Below, in pieces: positions 1 through 16,820 of a DNA stretch of 64,000 nt. Where the stretch lies: the NCBI GenBank assembly GCA_009914755.4, contig CP068257.2, positions 35,712,001 to 35,776,000 on the forward strand. Reading direction: 5' to 3'. Below the pieces are notes generated by a model that was not told the origin of the DNA, did not search any database, and saw nothing but the letters and a program-made list of their open reading frames with translations. The stretch's first letter is position 1; the number at the start of each line of letters is the position of its first letter. This stretch comes from the human T2T-CHM13v2.0 reference genome, Homo sapiens. The position numbers and the translations under genes are program-made.

Positions 1-516
1 CATTAAGGTAACCAGCTACCAGATAAACACCTCCCCATACCAACTAAGAGGAAACAAATTTCAATTTTATTAAAAATAATATTTCTATATACCAGCAGAA
101 ACCAATCAGAAAATAGTTCCTAAACGGAAAAAATTCCATTCCCAACAGCAACCAAAAGCTAAAAAATAGTCCAAGTTTAATAAATGTTTGAGACCTATAT
201 GACGAAAACTGCTGACATTATTGAAAGACATTCTGAACATATGGCCAAGGGCTGTCTGTTCTTGGATAGGAGGGTTACATTTATGGTGCATTATTATGTG
301 GCAGGCATTTTAAATGCATTATTCCACTGAATTCTCATCATAACCCCATGACATGAGTATTGTTATTACTTCTGCTTTAGAGATAAATAAATTAAAGATT
401 CCTGAGTTGCGCTAACTTGTCAGAGCAGAAAGACTGAGTTTCTGGTGCCTGTCTCCTGTCTTTTTAACCATGGCTGCATCATACTGCATCATTTCTCCCT
501 AAACAGTTATAGATTT

Positions 517-827
<311 letters not shown>

Positions 828-970
828 TCAATGCAATTCCTATCAAAACCTTAACAGGAATTTTTTTAACTTAAAAGTTCAGCTGGGAGAGTAAATACTA
901 AATATTGTCAAGATGTTTTTGAAAAGAATGACAAGGTGGAAATTGCCCTATTAGGTATAAAAAGAGACTA

Positions 971-1222
<252 letters not shown>

Positions 1223-1574
1223 TCAACTTTGGGGTAAAGTAAATTCAGTAAATGGTTTGGAGATAAATGGCTATTCAGTTGTAAACTGTGGAATAGATAG
1301 CCACTTCAAACAAAAAATAAAAGTAAAATGAATCATAGTTCTAAACGAAACAACAAGAGCACCAAGAGAAAATCAAAGAGACTATGCCCAGGGATAGTCT
1401 AAGTAAGACACTAAACTCAAAAACAATACAGACACAAAATATTAACATTTCTGGCAAATGTGATTAGGAGAAAAAGTTTAACATCACTGGTGAATAGGAA
1501 AATGCAAAGAAAATCAAGAAACCATTTTCCTCCTATCAATTTAACAATTGCTTTTTTAAAAATGATACTATCCA

Positions 1575-1870
1575 AGCTAGGTGCGGTGGCTTACGTTTAT
1601 AATCCCTGCACTTTGGGAAGCCTAGGCAGGCAGATCTCTGGAGCCCAGGAGTTCAAGACCAGCCTGGGCAACATAGCGAGTCTCAGTCTCTACAAAAAAT
1701 ACAAAAATTAGCCAGTGTAGTGGCTCACACTTGGGGTCCCAGCTATTTGAGAGGTTGAGGCAGGAAGATCACTGGAGCCCAGGAGGCTGAGGCTGCAGTG
1801 AGACGTAATTACACCATTGTACCCCAGCACGGGTGGCAAAGTGAGACCCTGTCTCAAGAAAAAAAAAAAA
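1575..1870 (+). mobile_element. Alu SINE
   Basis: AGCTAGGTGCGGTGGCTTACG...CAGCCTGGGCAACATAGCGAG...poly-A. Confidence 0.9.
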
Positions 1871-2342
1871 GGATATTATCTAGTGTCAGTGAAGACTTGG
1901 AGAAAAATCCTTATCATTGGTGGAAATATTAACTGATACAGCATTTTTGGAGGACAAATTAACATATCTATCAAACGTTAAGACTAGATCCTTTTTGACA
2001 AATGAGCGCTTATTTAGAGTGGTAGATTGACCATAAAATATGGATCCAATACTGACACAGAGGTTAAAAAGAAAAAGCTCTCTCTCTTACTTTATCCCAG
2101 AAGAATTTTTAAATTTTGTATTTGGTAATATATTGTTTTATAAAGATTCAGAGCTACCATCTTTTTGGTGCATTGGATCTTTTATCAATGTATATATTCT
2201 CTTTAGCTCTCTCTCTTAAGGTGCTTTATCATAAAATTATATTTTGTCTGATATTCATATTGCCACCTATATTTCTTTTAGTTTGCATTTGCTGTTGTTC
2301 ATCCATTATTTTCTTATTCTCTTTCTTTCTTTTCTTTGTTTA

Positions 2343-2958
<616 letters not shown>

Positions 2959-3039
2959 TGCCCCTAGCTATTTCTTATTTTCAAAAACTGTTTTGGTTAC
3001 TGTGTATCTGATGAACATCATATTGTTGGCTTTAAAAAT

Positions 3040-4760
3040 AATTTTAATAGACTATTTTTAAGAGCAGTTTTAGGTTCATAGCAAAGTTTAATGGAAAGTA
3101 CAGAGAGTTCCCATACACACTCCTCACCCCCACATGCATAGGCTCTCCACTCTCAACATTCCCTACAATAGTGGTATAGCTGTTACAATCGATGAACTAA
3201 CACTGATGCATGAATATCACCCCAAGTTCACAGTTTACATTAAGGCTTCTTCTTGGCATTGTACATTCCATGGGTTTGGGCAAATGTAGAATGAAATGCA
3301 CCATCATTACAGTATTGAACAGGAGAGTTTCACTGCCCTAAAAATCCCCCGTGTTCATCTATTTATTCCTCTCTCTCCCCAAGTCCCTGACAATCCCTAA
3401 TCTTTTTACTGTCTCCATAATTTTGCCTTTTCCAGAATGTCATAGAGTTGGAATCACAGAGTATATCGCGTTTCCAGATTGGCTTCTTTCACTTAGTAAT
3501 TTGCCTTTATGTTTCTTCCATGCCTTATTTATTTTTATTTTTAATTTAATTAATGTTTGTGGGTACATAGTAGGTGTATATATTTATGGGATACATGAAA
3601 CATTTTGATACAGGCATGCAATGTGAAATAAGCACATCACAGGGAATGGGGTATCCATCCCCTCCAACATTTATCCTTCGAGTGAGTTACAAACAATCCA
3701 ATTACACTCTAAGTTATTTTAAGATGTACAATTAAGTTATTATTGACTATACTCACCGTATTGTGCTACCGAATAGTAGATAACATTCATTCTTTCTATT
3801 CTTTTGTACCCATTACCCTTGCCCACCTCCCCACCCTCCATGTCTTCTCATGCCTTGATAATTCCTTTCTTTTTAGCTCCGGATAATATTCCTTTGTCTG
3901 GATGTACCACAGTGTATTTATCCATTTACTTACCCAAAGACAGTTTGTTTGCTTCCAAGTTTTGGCAATTATGAATAAAGTTACTATAGACATCCATGTA
4001 CAGGTTTTTATGTAGACACGAGTTTTCAGCTAATTTGGGAAAAACTAAGGAGTGTGATTGCTGGGTCATTTGGTAAGAGCATGTTTAGTTTTGTAAGAAA
4101 CTGTCAAAATGTTCTACACTACTGGTGGGAATGTAAAGTGGTACAACTGCTATGGAGAACAGTGTGGAGATTCCTTAAAGAACTAAAAGTGGAACTAACA
4201 TTTGATCCAGCAATCCCCCTACTGGATGTTAACCCAGAGGAAAAGAAGTCATTATACGAAAAAGATACTTGCCCACGCATGTTTATAGCAGCACAATTCA
4301 CAATGGCAAAAAATGTGGAACCAACCCAAATGCCCATCAATCAATGAGTGGATAAAGAAACTGTGATTGAGATATATGTATATATAAAACAGAATACTAC
4401 TCAGCCATAAAAAGGAATGAATTAATAGCATTTGCAGCAACCTGGATGAGATTGGAAACTATTATTCAAGTGAGGTAACTCAGGAATGGAAAACCAAACA
4501 TTGTATATTCTCACTCATAAGTGAGAGTTAAGCTATGAGTTAAGCATTGAGCATAAGAATGACACAATGGACTTTGGGGACTCAGGGCGGAAAGGGTGCA
4601 AAGAGGATCAGAGATAAAAGACTAGAAATATGGTGCAGTGTATACTGCTCGCATGATGGGTGCACCCAGATCTCACAAATCACCACTAAAGAACTTACTT
4701 GTGTAACCCAATACCACCTGTTCCCCAATAACCTATGGAAATAAAAAAATAAAATAAAAT
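3040..4760 (+). mobile_element. L1 (LINE-1) 3' end: ORF2 C-terminal region plus 3'UTR, primate L1P-type
   Basis: TTTAAGAGCAGTTTTAGGTTCATAGCAAAG..., ...TGGTGGGAATGTAAAGTGGTACAACTGCTATGGAGAACAGTGTGGAGATTCCTTAAAGAACTAAAAGTGGAACTAACATTTGATCCAGCAATCCC..., ...CTCACTCATAAGTGAGAGTTAAGC..., A-rich end AATAAAAAAATAAAATAAAAT. Confidence 0.8.
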
Positions 4761-4960
4761 ATTTGAGAAGAGAAACTGAAATTCTTCTACTTAAAGAAGA
4801 ATAGCATTTTAAGAAGTTGCCTTGATACTAAAATCTGCAGGTATTAAAAAAAAAGGAACTGACAAAATGTCTTCCAAAGGGGCTCTTGATTCTGCTTTCC
4901 TACCAGCAATGAATGAGAGTCCCTGTTGCTGCATGTCCTTGCCAGCATTTACTGTTGGTG

Positions 4961-5667
4961 TGTATTAGTCTGTTCTCACACTGTTCTAAATAACTTTCCA
5001 AAACTGAGTAATTTATGAAAAAACGAGGTTTAATTGGCTCACAGTTCCTTAGGCTGCACAGAAAGCATGGCTGGGGAGGCCTCAGGAAACTTTCAATGAT
5101 GGCAGAAGGCAAAGAGGAAGCAGGCAAGTCCTACATGGCTGGAGCAGGAGAAAGAGAGCAAAGCGGGAGGTGCCACACACTTTTAAACAACCAAATTTTG
5201 GCCAGCATGGTGGCTCACACCTGTAATCCCAGCACTTTGGGAGGCTGAGGCAGGCAGACCACTTGAAGTCAGGAGTTCTAGATCAGCCTGGCCAATATGG
5301 TGAAACCCTGTCTCTACTAAAAATACAGAAAAATTAGCTGGGGGTGGTATTGGGCACCTGTAATTCCAGCTACTTGGGAGGCTGAAGCAGGAGAATCGCT
5401 TGAACCCGGGAGGTGAGGTTGCAGTGAGCTGAGATTGTGCCACTGTACTCCAGCCTCAGCGACAGTGCGAGACTCCATCTCAGAAACAAAACAAAACAAA
5501 ACAAAAACACACAAAAACCTCCCCCAGCTTTCATGAGAATGAACTCACTATCACGAGAACAGTGAGGGGGTCATGATCCAATCACCTTCCACCAGGTCCC
5601 TCCTCCAACACTGAGGATCACAATTCGACATGAGATGTGGGTGGGGACACAAGTCCAAACCATATCA
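4961..5667 (-). mobile_element. MaLR solo LTR (THE1/MST-like), split by a nested Alu
   Basis: Begins TGTATTAGTCTGTTCTCACACTG (rc of the LTR 3' end ...CAGTGTGAGAACGGACTAATACA); ends ...GGGGACACAAGTCCAAACCATATCA (rc of the 5' TGATATGGTTTGG...); the body contains CACAGTTCC...GGCTGGGGAGGCCTCAGGAAACTTTCAATGATGGCAGAAGGCAAAG; LTR length is about 386 bp once the Alu is removed. Confidence 0.7.
5200..5517 (+). mobile_element. Alu SINE inserted inside the MaLR LTR
   Basis: GGCCAGCATGGTGGCTCACACCTGTAATCCCAGCACTTTGGGAGGCTGAGG ... (CAAAA)n tail; LTR sequence resumes immediately after. Confidence 0.9.
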
Positions 5668-6167
5668 GTGTTTTCAGTGTCTGACATTCTGATAGGTATG
5701 TAGTGGTATCTCATTGTTGTTTTAATTTGCATTTCCCTTATGACAATTATGTTATTGCTGGATGTTTATGTTTTCATTCAGCCTAAGAGTATTTAAAAGT
5801 TTTTTAACTATGGTAAATGACACATGAAATTTACCATCTTTATCATGTTTAAACATACTGTTTAGTAGCATTAACTATACTCACATTGTTGTGCAACTGT
5901 CGCAATCCATCTTTAGAGGTTTTTCATTTTGCAAAACTGAAACTCTGTACCCATTAAACAACTCCCCATTGCCCCCTACCCTTAGCTGCTGAGAGCCGCC
6001 ATTCTACTTTCTGTTTCTATGATTTTGCCTATTCTAGGCATCGCATGTACATGGAATCATACAGCATTATTTGTCTTTTTGTGACTGGTTTATTTCATTT
6101 AGGATAATGTCCTCAATGTTCATCCATGCCATACATTTGTCAGAATCTGCTTCCTTTTTAAGTTTGA

Positions 6168-6487
<320 letters not shown>

Positions 6488-6515
<28 letters not shown>

Positions 6516-6789
6516 GAGACAGGGTCTCACTCTGTCGCTCAGGCTGGAGTACAGTGGCACTATTGCAGCTCATTGCAGCCTTGATCTCCCAGCTTAAGTG
6601 ATCCTCTCACCTCAGTCTCCCAAGGACTACAGAGGTGCACCATCAGGCCTGGCTAATTTTTAAATATTTTTGTAAATTCCAGGTCTCGCTATGTTGCCCA
6701 GGCTGGTCTCCAATGCCTGGGCTCAAGTGATCCTCCCACCTTGGCCTCCCAAAGTGCTGAGATTACAGGCATGAGTCACCTCGCCTGCC
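6488..6789 (-). mobile_element. Alu SINE, tandem to previous, nested in L1
   Basis: T28 tail then GAGACAGGGTCTCACTCTGTCGCTCAGGCTGGAGTACAGTGGC ... GAGATTACAGGCATGAGTCACCTCGCCTGCC. Confidence 0.9.
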
Positions 6790-7143
6790 TTATATTTTGT
6801 TTATCCATTTATTTGCTTCTACCTTTTGGCTCTCGTGAACAATGCTACAATGGACATAGATATGTAAATATCCCTTCAAGATCTTGCTTGCAAATCTTTG
6901 GGGTATATACCCAGAAGTTGAGTTACTGGATCTCATAGTAATTCTGTTTAATTTTTCCAGGGACTGCCATACTGTTTTCAATAGTGGCTTCACCATTTTA
7001 CTTTCCCATCAACTGTGCACAAGCGTTCTAATTACTTCACATTCTGCCAACATTTGTTATTTTTGTGGAGTTTTTGGTTTTATTTTTATTTTTTATAGTA
7101 GACGTCTTAAGGGGTGTGAAATGTTTCCCTTTAACAGAGTTGA

Positions 7144-7440
7144 GGCTGAGTGTGGTGGCTCACACCTGTAACCCCAGCACTTTGGGAGGCTGAGGTGTGT
7201 GGATGGCTTAAGCCCAGGTGTTCGAGAGCAGCCTGGACAACATGGCGAAACCCCGTCTCTACCAAAAATACAAAGATTAACTGGGCGTGGTGGCACATGC
7301 CTGTAGTCCCAGCTACTCAGGTGACAGGCGGGAGGGTCACCTGAGCTTGGGAGGTCGAGGCTGCAGTGAGCCATGATTGTGCCTCTGCACTACAGTCTGG
7401 GTGACAGAGTGAGACCCTGTCATAAATAAATAAATAAATA
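7144..7440 (+). mobile_element. Alu SINE
   Basis: GGCTGAGTGTGGTGGCTCACACCTGTAACCCCAGCACTTTGGGAGGCTGAGG...(AAAT)n tail. Confidence 0.9.
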
Positions 7441-7621
7441 GTGAGTTGAACCCATTCACATTTAATATAGTTACTGATTTCTGATATTTTATGTTTTTTA
7501 TTACATTGTTCTCTTTATTATTTCTTTTACTTTCTTATTTCCTAGGATTTTTTTTTTATACACCGAATTTTCTTTTTTTAAAACTCTCTTCTGGTTGTTT
7601 GAAAAGTTATACGTACTATTT

Positions 7622-7765
7622 CTTTTTTTTTCTTTTTTTTTTTTTTTAGAGATGGGATCTTGCTATGTTGCCCAGGTTGGCCTTTGAACTCCTGGCCTCA
7701 AGGGATCCTACTCCGTCAGCCTCCAGAGTAGCTGAGACTACAGGTGCACCCCACGGAGCTGGGCT
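7622..7765 (-). mobile_element. Alu monomer-like fragment with poly-T head
   Basis: T-run then AGAGATGGGATCTTGCTATGTTGCCCAGGTTGGCCTTTGAACTCCTGGCCTCAAGGGATCC...CAGCCTCCAGAGTAGCTGAGACTACAGGTGCACC. Confidence 0.6.
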
Positions 7766-10700
7766 TTCTTCCTATTTGTCTATTTTCAGGTAAAGGCTCA
7801 TGTTCCTTGAACACCTGCTATGTTCCAGCCCCTATGCAGACCTTTTTATATTGATGATCTCATTTAATCCTTACGACAGCCCTATGAGGTTGCTCCTATT
7901 TTTAAAAATAAACTTTATATTTTAGAATAAATTAATTTTAAATTAGAATTAACTTAGAATTATTTAGAATAAATATTTTTACTTTAGAGTAATGTTTTTA
8001 GGACTTAGATTCTAAAAAGAAAAAGGAAAGTGCTGTAGGCAGTACAGAGAGTTTCTGTTTACTCTACACCTAGTACACCCAGTTTCCTTTAGTATTCATA
8101 GCTTCCATGGATATGGTATGCTTGCCAAAATTAATGAACCAATAGTGACACATTTTATTAGCTAAAATCTGTAGTTTATGCACATTTCCCAGGTTTTTGT
8201 CAAAATTTTACAATCTGTGTCAACATACCACACGACATCAGCCTCCTGTCTCCCTTAGGTTCTTGTTGGCTATGACAGTTTCTTTGTTTCGATGACCTTG
8301 GCAGTTTAGAGGAGATGGCCTTTAATTTAATAAGACCTTTTAAACATCTTTCTCCATAAACATTTAGAATGAATCAGTATCCATAATTTTTCCCTCTGGA
8401 ATAAGATAAGATCTTAAACATCTCATGCTTTGTAGGAATAATCTAAAATTTCAGTTCCAATTGAGCAATAAAATTCTTTCTACATTTCTCTTTCTCTTTA
8501 AAATAGTTTCTTAAATGTCTTAATCTTAAGATCTCAGTATAAATTTTATCAGTTTATTTATATTTCTTACCACTTTTTCATGTTTTGAATTTAATTATCT
8601 TTCTTGAATTACTTTTTCCCCCCCGAAGGAAATATTTTCAGAAAGGATGGATGGGTGATAAACTTTCTGAGCCCTTCATGGTCAAGCTTTTCTTATTTGC
8701 AACATGGAGATCAAAATACCTATCCCACAGAATTGCTGAAGATGAACGAATTCATACTTTTAAGCTTTTAGCAGAGTTCACCATATAAGCAATCAATAAA
8801 TGTTAGCTCTTGTTACTATTACAATGAGCACATATTATTTTGTAATTATAAGGAAAACTATGCACGGACGCACGCAAGGAAGGAGGGATAGTGGTAAAGA
8901 AGGTGATAATACGGAAAGTGATGTGACAGAATGGAAGAGCAGGTGACATAACCACTATTTTCAGCTTGGTAAATGTGGAAAAGTCCTGAGCATTTCTGCC
9001 AACCAGCTTAACCTGGGCTATGCTGTCATCCATGGTCCAGACAGCCACGTGGGTGTTAGAAGCCACATGGCCCATCTGTCTCCTCTGAGGTCACTGGAGT
9101 TTATCAGCTGTTGTGTACCCTTAGCATGAGTCAGGAGGGTTCTGGGAAAATGTCTTTCTAGTTGAAGGACTGGCAATTCAGTTCAAAGATTAATAAACAC
9201 AAAATAACACTTGAGAAGCATGTGTCATGTCAAATGCAGAACGTGTGTTCCAGAGGGAGGAACAAAACACGAGTGCTCTCTAAACAGACCAAAATTTCTT
9301 CAATTGATTCTTTGCTATTCATGAGCAAGGGAGGGAGAACAAATTGTTATGCCTGACACCAGATTTCAGGCCTGGAATTTTGTAGTGTGATTCATGCAGC
9401 TATATTTAATATTTGCAGAGTCATCCAGTAACCCCTGTCAGAGCCCAGGGAAGCCTTCACCCTGGGGCAACTCCCTTCTCCACCATCCATGCACTGCTTA
9501 GGGATCCTTGTAGGACGGTCTTGGTATGACGTATCATTCCTCGCATGCTTGAATGGCAGTTGTGTCTCCATAAACACCAGTGCCGGCCAAACACAGCCAG
9601 GTCTTTCATGTCAATTTAGGAATGTGTTGCCCTCATAAAGATAAGGCATTTAGTGCTCTTGACCTTGTTAAAGGTCTGTGACTGGCTCAGAATTTTTAAT
9701 ACCCGGGGAGTAGTGCGGAGGCGCGGTGGGGGATGGACTCTAGTTGTTTCCTGTGCTCAGGGTAGAATCCTGGAACCTGAGTTGCCAAAAAAAAAAAAAA
9801 AGAAAAGAAAAGAAAAAAAGGAAAAGAAAAATTGGATCATTAAGTTAGGATATTATGTTTAAATCTTATAATGTACTTGTAAATGTTGATGGCATAATAT
9901 GTAAGTAACAAAAGACATGGCTTCATCAATTTCTACTTTAAAAGCTTTCACAGGAAAGAGATAAAGAATAATGTGGCTAATAAATGACATGCTGATAAAG
10001 TATTAAAAAGAACAGAACACTTCTGATGGCTTCACACTCTGGAAGGATGGGAAATAAGCAAACGCAAAATAAAACAGCTGGGTAGACTCAAAGGAAATAA
10101 AAAAGGGGTTTCCCCCACCCCTGTACATTCCCTCAAATAGGAGCTAAAAAGGAAAATAAAATTGCACCAAACCATGAGAGGGGAACATTTAAGCATTCTA
10201 ATATTGTAAATAGACATTCAGGCTGAGTCTTCCATCCAAAAGCTAGGACAGGAAATAAATCCTTAAGCATAACTAAGAGACTAATAAGGAAATATTTTCA
10301 GGGGTTTAAAGCAAATAGTTTTTTTAATGCAAAAACAACATAATCAAGACATATTATCACATGTCATATATGACAGCAAATATGCTTACCAGGCTACTTC
10401 CAAGAGCAAATGAGATAAAAGTACTTTGAAACCATAAAACGTTATGCAAATGTGCAGTGATATTAGCGTTATTTGGGAAAATAAAAGCACTGGGCTTCTC
10501 CCTTTTCCTGTTTCTCATTCCTTTTATTTACCTTAAAATACAAGTTTATTTCTTCTCAATATACCTGAGGAGTTGCCTAGTAGGAAATGGAACACACACA
10601 AAATCCGGCTTTTTCTTCCTGTCTTATTGTTCGTTTGTCACAATATTTGTTTTTCCTGGTTGTTGTTTAAAAATTGTTATGGAAAATTTCAAACAGACAT

Positions 10701-10902
10701 CAAGTTAGAGAGAATTTGATCATGAACGTCATGTCCTCATCCCTCAGACTCTACATGTGTTATTAGCTTTTTGGCCAGTCTTATTCCATCTATAATCCCA
10801 CCTACTTTCCAACTCAGATTATTTTGAAGTAAATGCCAGACATCCTGTCATTTCCATTAGAATTCCTAAAAGATAAAAACTATTCAAAAAAGAACACGGG
10901 AC

Positions 10903-11156
<254 letters not shown>

Positions 11157-11162
11157 AATACA

Positions 11163-11470
11163 GGCTGGACGTGGCGGCTCACACCCATAATCTCAGCCCT
11201 TTGGGAGACCCTGGAGGAAGGATCGCCTGAGCCCAGGAGTTTGAGACCAGCCTGGGCAACACAGAGAGACCCAGTCTCTACAAAAAATACAAAAATTAGC
11301 CTGGCATTGTGGCTGCGCCTGTAGTCCCAGCTACTGGAGAGACTGAGGCTGGAGGATGGCTTGAGCCCAGGAGATTGAGGCTGCAGTGAGCCGTGATTGC
11401 AACACTGCTCTCCAGTCTGAGTGACAAAGGAAGACTCTGTCAAAAAAAAAAAAAAAAGAAAGAAAGAAAG
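11163..11470 (+). mobile_element. Alu SINE
   Basis: GGCTGGACGTGGCGGCTCACACCCATAATCTCAGCCCTTTGGGAGACC ... A-run plus (GAAA)n. Confidence 0.9.
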
Positions 11471-11644
11471 GACCTTACTATAACAATTATTCTTGAATAT
11501 CACCAAAATCCAGTCAGTGCTCCATTTCCCCGATTGTCCTGTAATTTTTTAAACAAGTTGTTCGAATCAGGATCCAAAAAAGTTCCCATTCATTGTGATT
11601 GATTGAGGTGTCTCTTTAGATTTTTTAAGCCTGGAGGTACTGGC

Positions 11645-11710
11645 ACAACCTCCTTCTCTCTCTCTCCCTCCTCCTCCCACTCTTTCTCTCCCACCCCCTC
11701 CACCCTCAAA
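11645..11710. repeat. Polypyrimidine (CT-rich) tract
   Basis: CTCCTTCTCTCTCTCTCCCTCCTCCTCCCACTCTTTCTCTCCCACCCCCTCCACCCTC. Confidence 0.8.
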
Positions 11711-12412
11711 CCCAGCAGGTCTGACCAGGCAGCAGTGGTCATCTGATTGACGCGCATTGAACTCTCTGCCTGAAAAGATGCTGTACTTCGTTGAGTTCCT
11801 TCCTTTTCTGTTCTGCCCAAGCTGTAATGGCTCTGAGGATTTGGAAAAGGTTTTAGAATCTAGGAATGAATGAGAAAACTGTTTTAAAGGGCCCCTCCAC
11901 ACTACTGAGGTCATTTACTTTTTCTTACTCTTTACCAAAACCTGTATAGATCACTGATATAATAGATGCGAAAGATACTCTAGTGGAAAATGTCATGTAA
12001 ATGTAAAGGACTGCTGATGGTTATGTTATCATTCAAGAATGTTTTACAGGGGGAGATCTTAGCAAGCGGAAGTACAAGTAAAACTGAATCATGAGCAATT
12101 TATGTTATTACCTTCAGGGCAACCATAAATTAAGCCAGATAATTGTTCCCGGGCTCTGAACACTATGGGACAAGAAGCCATGGCTATAAGCCAAGAAAAA
12201 AAGAGCCGTATTTTTAAAAATACCCATTTAAAAGAGGAAAAGCAATTAGGGAGCAGATCCTGTAAGTAAAGGAAGACGGGGAAATAGCATTAAGTAGGTA
12301 TCCAACAAGTTATTTGATATGACAGTGGTACAAATGATGCAAAAATATTCTCTTTCTTCCCTCAAATTTACAGAAACTGGCTCACAGTTTTTTGAGTAGT
12401 GAAGAATTTTAG

Positions 12413-13108
12413 GGCTGGGCGCAGTGGCTCATGCCTGTAATCCCAACACGTTGGGAGGCTGAGATGGGAGGATCACTTGAGCCCAGGAGATCAGCCTAGG
12501 CAACATAGTGAGGCCCCATCTCTACAAAACATTTTGAAATTAGCTGGGCGTGGTGGTGCACGCCTGTAGTCCTAGTGTATTAGTCTGTTCTCACACTGCT
12601 ATAAAGGGCTGTCTGAGACTGGGTAATTTATAAAGGAAAGAGGTTTAATTGACTCATGGTTCCACATGGCTGGGGAGGCCTCAGGAAACTTACAATTGTG
12701 GTGGAAGGGGAAGCAAACATGTGCTTCTCCACATGATGACAGGAAGGAGAAGTGCAGAGCAAAAGGGGGGAAAGCGCCTTATGAAACCATCAGATCTCGC
12801 GAGAACTCACTCACTACCATGAGAACAGCAGCATGGGGATAACCGCCCCCATGATTCAATTACCTCTCACCAGGTCCCTCCTGTGACACGTGGAGATTTT
12901 GGGAACTACAAATCAAGATAAGATGTAGGTGGGGACACAGCCAAACCATATCACCCAGCTACTTGGGAGGCTGAGGTGGGGGGATCCGCTTGAGCTGGGG
13001 AGGTCAAGGCTGCGTTGGGTCATGATCGCACCACTATACTTCAGCCTAGGCATCAGAGTGAGACCCTGTGTCAAATAAATAAATAAATAAACAAATAAAA
13101 TAAAAAAT
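12413..13108 (+). mobile_element. Alu SINE split into two parts by a MaLR LTR insertion
   Basis: GGCTGGGCGCAGTGGCTCATGCCTGTAATCCCAACACG ... GCCTGTAGTCCTAG | LTR | CCCAGCTACTTGGGAGGCTGAGGTGGG ... (AAAT)n tail; the Alu sequence continues exactly across the LTR. Confidence 0.8.
12576..12953 (-). mobile_element. MaLR solo LTR (THE1/MST-like), near full-length, inserted into an Alu
   Basis: TGTATTAGTCTGTTCTCACACTGCTATAAAGG...GGTTTAATTGACTCATGGTTCCACATGGCTGGGGAGGCCTCAGGAAACTTACAATTGTGGTGGAAGGGGAAGC...CCATCAGATCTCGCGAGAACTCACTCACTACCATGAGAACAGCAGCATGGGG...GGGGACACAGCCAAACCATATCA; 5-bp flanks CCTAG/CCCAG look like an ERVL-MaLR TSD. Confidence 0.8.
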
Positions 13109-13111
13109 TCA

Positions 13112-13783
<672 letters not shown>

Positions 13784-13989
13784 TGAGAAAATGGAGACCT
13801 AGATGGGCTATGAGGTATGCCCAAAGTTGAAGAGCCATTTAACTGTGTTGTGGGTTGTAAGCCATAGGTCTCCTGATACTGAATCCAAAGCTCTTTCTCT
13901 CTCTTTCCTCTTTTTTTCTATCATGCTTTGAGAGAATTTACAAAGTGTTGGCCATAATTTTACGGAAATAACGCTAGCAATAAAGGTAA

Positions 13990-14433
<444 letters not shown>

Positions 14434-15228
14434 TAATGCCACAGTTTACTGTCACATATAGGAGGTAGAGATTCCTTTCATCAAACTTACCACTCGTGTT
14501 GGCACCATTTATGGTCCATTATTTGCTTTTCTCCTCGCCATCCTCCAACCCATCTCTTCGTCTCCCATTCACAGCCAAGGATTGACTTATTTTGTACAAA
14601 AGTGGCCGTGCCTGCTGGTAGGAAGGTCAAGAGGGACGTCCACCAGTGGTGCATGTGGCCGTCTGCCTTTAAACTTAAACTTTCGTTTCTGCTTGCTTCA
14701 AAATTATAGTTTGAAAGGTCGCTTTCATTGGTAGCTAGATCTAGCTGCCTCTTTTCACAGGTAAGACCACAGGAACCCAGAAAGGCAGAGGGCTTGCTCA
14801 AGGTAACTCGAGGTATCAGTGGTAGATCCAGGCACAGAGCCCAGGTCTCTGCAGTGCTCTATCGTTGGATCTTATACACAAGAGAATCAAATCTACTCAG
14901 CTGCCTAGGGATTTGTGCAGAAACAACTTCCATTTGTGGTTGAGATAACTGATGCGAGAATTTTCAGTAACAGGATTTCTTGGGTAGAAGTGGGAAAAAA
15001 TCCCCACTGGGAACAAACTTAAAATGAAAAGATGTGAAAATGTATGCCTCTCTGAGAAAAGATGTTTCAGCTGCTTCCTGGAGTGACTTGGGTTAGAGAA
15101 TGAGTTTGTAAGTGCGTGCTGACCCAGTTAATGTAGGAAGTATCAAACTCCAGGCACAAGTGACCTGAAAGAGAAGGAGTCCTCTTTTTAATAAACGTAA
15201 ACAAATGCTATCTTCATTTTTCCATTTA

Positions 15229-15880
<652 letters not shown>

Positions 15881-16443
15881 AGTAACATATGCATATAGGA
15901 ACAGTTCCACTAGGAACCAGAATCTAATCATGAAGAAACATCTTAGCATGTGAGCCATTCTGAGACAACTAGACTGCTGTCTTCAAAAAAGTCAGTGTCA
16001 TGAGAAGCAAAAAGGCCTGATGGGACAGGGACTATTCCATATTTTAAAAGTCCAAAAAGACAAAACAACCAAATGCAAAGTGTGAAACTTAATTAGATCC
16101 TGGATGAAAAAAGATATATAAAAGATATTTTGGGGACTACTGAGGAAATTCGATTGTGGATTGGATATCCAATGATCATGGGAGATTATTGTGAATTTCC
16201 TTAGATGTGAAGATGATATTCTGGGCATGGAGGAAAATGTCCTTGTTCTCAAGAGACAGCATCTGGAATATTTCCGAATGAAGCATTGTGATGTTTTTTA
16301 ACTCACTTCAAATGGTCCAGAAAAAAAGGAGGAGAGATAAAGCTTATGTGGAATCCAGGTTAAAGGTATATTGGTATTTCTTGTACTATTTAACTGTTAC
16401 ATAGATGTGAAAAATTTCAAGCTAATAGGAAAAAAAAGTCTAA

Positions 16444-16820
<377 letters not shown>

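Noticed and set aside
9705-9831. An 82-nt GC-rich segment (GGGGAGTAGTGCGGAGGCGCGGTGGGGGATGGACTCTAGTTGTTTCCTGTGCTCAGGGTAGAATCCTGGAACCTGAGTTGCC) followed by a 45-nt A-rich tail, considered as a retroposed tRNA or small-RNA pseudogene
   Set aside because: There is no A/B-box match (no GGTTCGANTCC), no acceptor-stem complementarity between the ends, and no CCA. A short Alu-left-arm-like or other retroposed fragment with an A-tail is more likely, and it is too degenerate to call.
11590-11760. TGATTGATTGAGGTG and TGATTGACGCG strings near a CT-rich tract, considered as additional PBX-type sites or a distal enhancer
   Set aside because: Only partial matches (TGATTGAC without the MEIS half-site) occur, in anonymous sequence flanked by Alus. 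Without conservation or accessibility data this is indistinguishable from chance.
14750-14815. Splice-like strings TTTTCACAG|GTAAGACC and CAAGGTAACTCG
   Set aside because: The acceptor and donor are directly adjacent, giving a zero-length exon. There is no ORF or conservation context. Chance occurrences are expected at this frequency in 64 kb.
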